A DNA stretch of 37,449 bases from Diploschistes diacapsis (lineage: Eukaryota): positions 1 to 37,449 of the forward strand of contig JALAIB010000062.1 in assembly GCA_023645945.1 (NCBI GenBank), written 5' to 3'. This document shows positions 33,906-37,449 of this stretch, in pieces. Position 1 is the first letter of the stretch; every line of letters begins with the position of its first letter. The notes beneath the pieces are model-generated. The model was not told where the DNA came from and did no database searches. It was given only the letters and a program-made list of their open reading frames with translations. The position numbers were made by a program, and so were the translations under genes.

Positions 33906-35651
33906 ATGTTATCTGCATATCTATTCCTCCTCCTCGCACCCACATTGAGTGTCTTTGCTGCCTCGTCCGATGACTGGAGGAGTCGGTCCATCTACCAGGT
34001 CATGGTCGATAGGTTTGCCCAGGCCAGCGGCTCAACGACCGCGCCATGCAATGCGGACAACCAAGTATACTGCGGAGGAACATGGCAGGGTCTGATCAAC
34101 AACCTGGACTATATCCAGAACATGGGCTTCACTGCTGTACTTGACCAAAGACCTCGAGAAACGGAACGTATCGCTAAAGTCATAGAACAGATCTGGATAT
34201 CACCCGTCACGCAGCAGATCAACGTCTCGAGCAGCAATCCGGACGGTGAGAGCTACCACGGCTACTGGCAGAGCGACCTCTACGCTCTCAATCACGCCTT
34301 CGGCTCTCAAAGTGATCTCAAGGCTCTTGCTTCGGCGCTGCACAAGCGTGACATGTATTTGATGGTCGACGTTGTTGTAAACCACTTTGGCTGGGCTGGG
34401 AGCCCCTCAGAAGTAGACTACAGTGCCTACAATCCGTTCAATGACTCATCCTACTTTCACGACTTTTGTCAAATCACCGCCGATGACTACAACGACAATC
34501 AGACGGCTGTTGAGATGGTGAGTTCTAAAAATATCCTGCTAGCACCTTGCTTCCCCGCCCACAATCTGTCCCTCAATATTTCCCTTATTCCCTTTACTTC
34601 CATCCCCATGTTTTACCCTAGCAACCCATACTAACATCCCTTGAGTGCTGGATGGGCGACACCAACGTCGAACTATCCGACCTCAACACGACCTCTCCCT
34701 CCGTCATCTCCGCCTACAATTCCTGGATCACCTCCCTCATCTCTACCTACAGCATCGATGGTCTCCGCATCGACACGGTCCACAACGTCCAACCCTCCTT
34801 CTTCCCCGCCTTCGTCTCCGCCGCCGGCACCTACGCCGTCGGCGAGATCTTCGACTCCCGCCCCACGACCGTCTGCCCCTACCAGTCCTACGTCCCCGGC
34901 GTCCTCAATTACCCGCTCTACTACTCGCTGACGTCCGCCTTCGGCAGCACGAGCGGCGACATGGGCGCGCTCGCGGACACCGTCACCACGATGAGAAGCA
35001 CCTGCAACGACACCACCCTCATGGGCTCCTTCCTCGAGAACCACGACAACCCGCGCTTCCCGTCCGTCACGCCCGACGTGGCCGCCGCGCAGAACGCCAT
35101 CGGTCTCGCGATGCTGGGCGACGGCATCCCCATCGTCTACGAGGGCCAGGAGCAGCACTATTCCGGCGGCACGGTGCCCGCGAACCGCGAGGCCGTCTGG
35201 CTCAGCGGGTACGACACCGACGCCGTGCTATACGGGTACATCGCGAAGCTGAACAGGCTGCGGAACCACATTGTCAGTGTTGCGGACGAGGCGTACGTGA
35301 CGGACCAGGCGCAGGTTGTTTATCAGGACAACACGACGATTGCGCTGCGGAAGGGGAGCGCGAGTTCTCCGCTGGTGGGCGTGTGGAGCAACGAGGGCAG
35401 TCAGGGCGCGAGATATAATCAGAGCATTACGGGTACGGGGCATGCTGCTGGGGCGGCGCTGGTGGAGGTGGTGGGGTGTCGGAACGTGACGGCCGGTAGG
35501 AACGGGACGCTGGTTGTGGCGATGGGGGAGGGGGCGCCGAAGGTTGGTTCTTCCGTTTGCTTTCGTTTTCGTAGGCAGGACTAACGTGGCTTGTAAATAG
35601 GTCTTCTACCCAGCCTCCAAGCTCAGCGGATCGGGCGTGTGTGGCTTGTGA
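33906..35651 (+). CDS. Secreted GH13 alpha-amylase (Taka-amylase-like, GH13_1), no CBM20 or GPI tail
   Basis: Signal peptide, [28 protein letters not shown], region [36 protein letters not shown]. Introns 34137-34190, 34518-34645 (or 34621) and 35543-35600. Ends [16 protein letters not shown]. Confidence 0.94.
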
Positions 35652-36069
35652 ACGGACTATTGATTCCATAGTCGTGTGTGTATACGGCACTCCTTCCTAG
35701 CGTTTTCACCACCTTCTGTCGTCCTTCCTGCAGCACCACACCCCCCAACGAGATTACGATCGGAATTCACCTTCCTCCCGGTCTCGATGCACTCTACGCA
35801 CGTTACGAAGCAACGAATGAACTGGTCTTGTTCCCAGTCTAGCACGGCGAGGCAAGCGTGCAGAGGCTGCATAGCGTGTCGGCGTGCAGCGGACATTTTT
35901 ATAGCGTCATATCCAGACTCTGCACTCTTTCTTCCCTTTTCACCGATGGTGGACAAGGTGCCGGGCATTGCGCTCTGAATTCCATCCTTTTATAAGATAT
36001 GCGGGACAGGAGGATTAGTTTCGGGACTTGACACTTGGATCGGGAAGGAAGCATGAGATACCCAATGAT

Positions 36070-36100
36070 ATGGATGGATGGATGGATGGATGGATGGATG
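36070..36100 (+). repeat. (ATGG)7+ microsatellite
   Basis: Seven perfect ATGG units plus ATG. Confidence 0.95.
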
Positions 36101-36889
36101 AATGAATAAATCACGGCCAAGGGGACAGTGTGTATGATTATGTGATTACAAGCCAAGCAGGACGTAGATGGTGCTCACCGTCGTCCCTCTACCCTCACTC
36201 ATTTCCCATCTGTAATGGCCTTTACTACCCCCATCAGTACTAAGATTTACGGCCCCCATCCTTTTGCAGTACAGTATGACCTGCCTGTCCGCGTCCATTG
36301 CTCTCATCCACAACATCACCCTATATCTTTCCAAGTTTGGCCTCAGACGTACGCCGCGTGGTGGTTCCACAGCGCATCTTTCCTTCCGTTTAAGATTTTC
36401 TCTTCTTCTTCACTTCTTTTGCTCTTCCTTTCTCTTCTTTCTTCCCAGTTCCCTAATTCTAGAAGACGTGGGGGGGGGGGGCAATCCCACTTTTGCTCCT
36501 CCCTCCGTAGTGTATATATACACACACACCTACATATAGCCCAGACCAAGGGGGCTGGAAAAACCCAGCCTATCTAGGCCCCAATAGAAGTTGTTGACCC
36601 GTGTAATGGACCGACCCGTATAAATAAACGGCACTTTATCACCTTCTCGTAATCAATGCGCAATCATTTTCATAATACCTTTTAAACCATCCAAAAAAAA
36701 GCTTGGAACGTAAAAGTCAAATATAAAACACCCTTATAACATTGAAAATTTTAGGAACTTCCACCACTTTCAATAGAGGCAAGTATAGACCTGTTGTTAA
36801 ATCTACTTACTTTCCCTGCCGATACTTTTTTCCCCAATATGAGACCAAAACATCTGATCGATACCTCGTGTCTGCCTTGTAGAGATAGA

Positions 36890-37002
36890 GATCGTAACAT
36901 ATCGGTCACGTAACCGGTGTCACCACGTTGGATTTATAACTTAGTTATAGAAGTAGATTAGATTACTTAAGACGTGACGAGGCTGGACCTCGGATCGTAA
37001 CA
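36890..37002. mobile_element. Possible degenerate LTR-end remnant(s)
   Basis: GATCGTAACA occurs twice (36890-36899, 36993-37002), with TGTCAC at 36918, CGTGAC near 36973 and a TA-rich interior. No target-site duplication or coding remnant found. Confidence 0.3.
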
Positions 37003-37449
37003 CGGCTACATCTGCCATAAAGTTAAACCCAGCAAGCCAACGACTTACCACAAGGTATATATAATTATTATTTGATTTATAGGGCTCTAAATGAATTACT
37101 TTCGGGGATGTTTCACTTTATATATTTATTAGTGTAGTTTTGCTATTGTATCACGTGTTCGGGTACTAGGGTCTCGACTCTACCATGACTAGTATCTGAC
37201 TCCCTTATCCTCCCCCCACCTTGCCCATAGCTCGAAAAGCGCTTTGGGGTCTCGTGCTGAATTTAATGATCTATATGATATTATTGGGGGGAGAGAGTAA
37301 TCATTCTTTCCCGAATATTAGCATCGTTCGTTCGTTCGTCGTTGGATATATCGGTGAACATGAAAATAAATACACATGGTAGATACCAAGTAGGCGGGTG
37401 GAATGACCAGTCCCGCATCATTGAATGGGGCTGAAGTACACCCCCAGCC

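Noticed and set aside
36551..37449. Two GGGGCTG...CCCAGCC mini-hairpins (36551-36570 and ~37427-37449) as possible TIRs
   Set aside because: Match too short, cut by the window edge, and no TSD or transposase.
1..37449. CRISPR arrays, tRNA/rRNA, snRNA or telomerase RNA template
   Set aside because: No spaced direct repeats, cloverleaf, rRNA or snRNA hallmark, or TAACCCTAA template recognised by eye. A covariance-model scan is needed to exclude them fully.

Overview
Eukaryotic DNA from a filamentous ascomycete (Pezizomycotina-type genes with short GT-AG introns of about 45-60 nt and CTRAY branch sites). No rRNA, tRNA, CRISPR or intact transposon is visible. Gene order: SCS2/VAP (-, runs off the left edge); UBA-ZnF-UBX Cdc48 adaptor (+); siderophore-iron MFS transporter (-) with three ATCWGATAA SreA-type boxes upstream; RAD52 (+); orphan ORF (-); RRN6-like Pol I factor (-); class II aldolase/adducin protein (-); NAT2/FAM210 DUF1279 protein (-); secreted Cys-rich and Ser/Thr-rich protein (-); small 96-aa protein (-); a ~3.4 kb gene-poor, possibly pseudogenic stretch; COQ2 (-); JmjC/Cys-finger/AT-hook protein (+); DHA1 MFS transporter (+); GH13 alpha-amylase (+); then an AT-rich end with a microsatellite and possible LTR debris. 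Mostly housekeeping genes, and I cannot show a new multi-gene system. The best leads are: recurrent, strand-symmetric C-rich-to-G-rich skew domains; a highly self-complementary island between COQ2 and the JmjC gene; long structured introns; frequent non-YAG splice acceptors, including a probable GAG; and an amylase with HN in place of the conserved region II KH. All gene models and splice sites were read by hand, with no database search.
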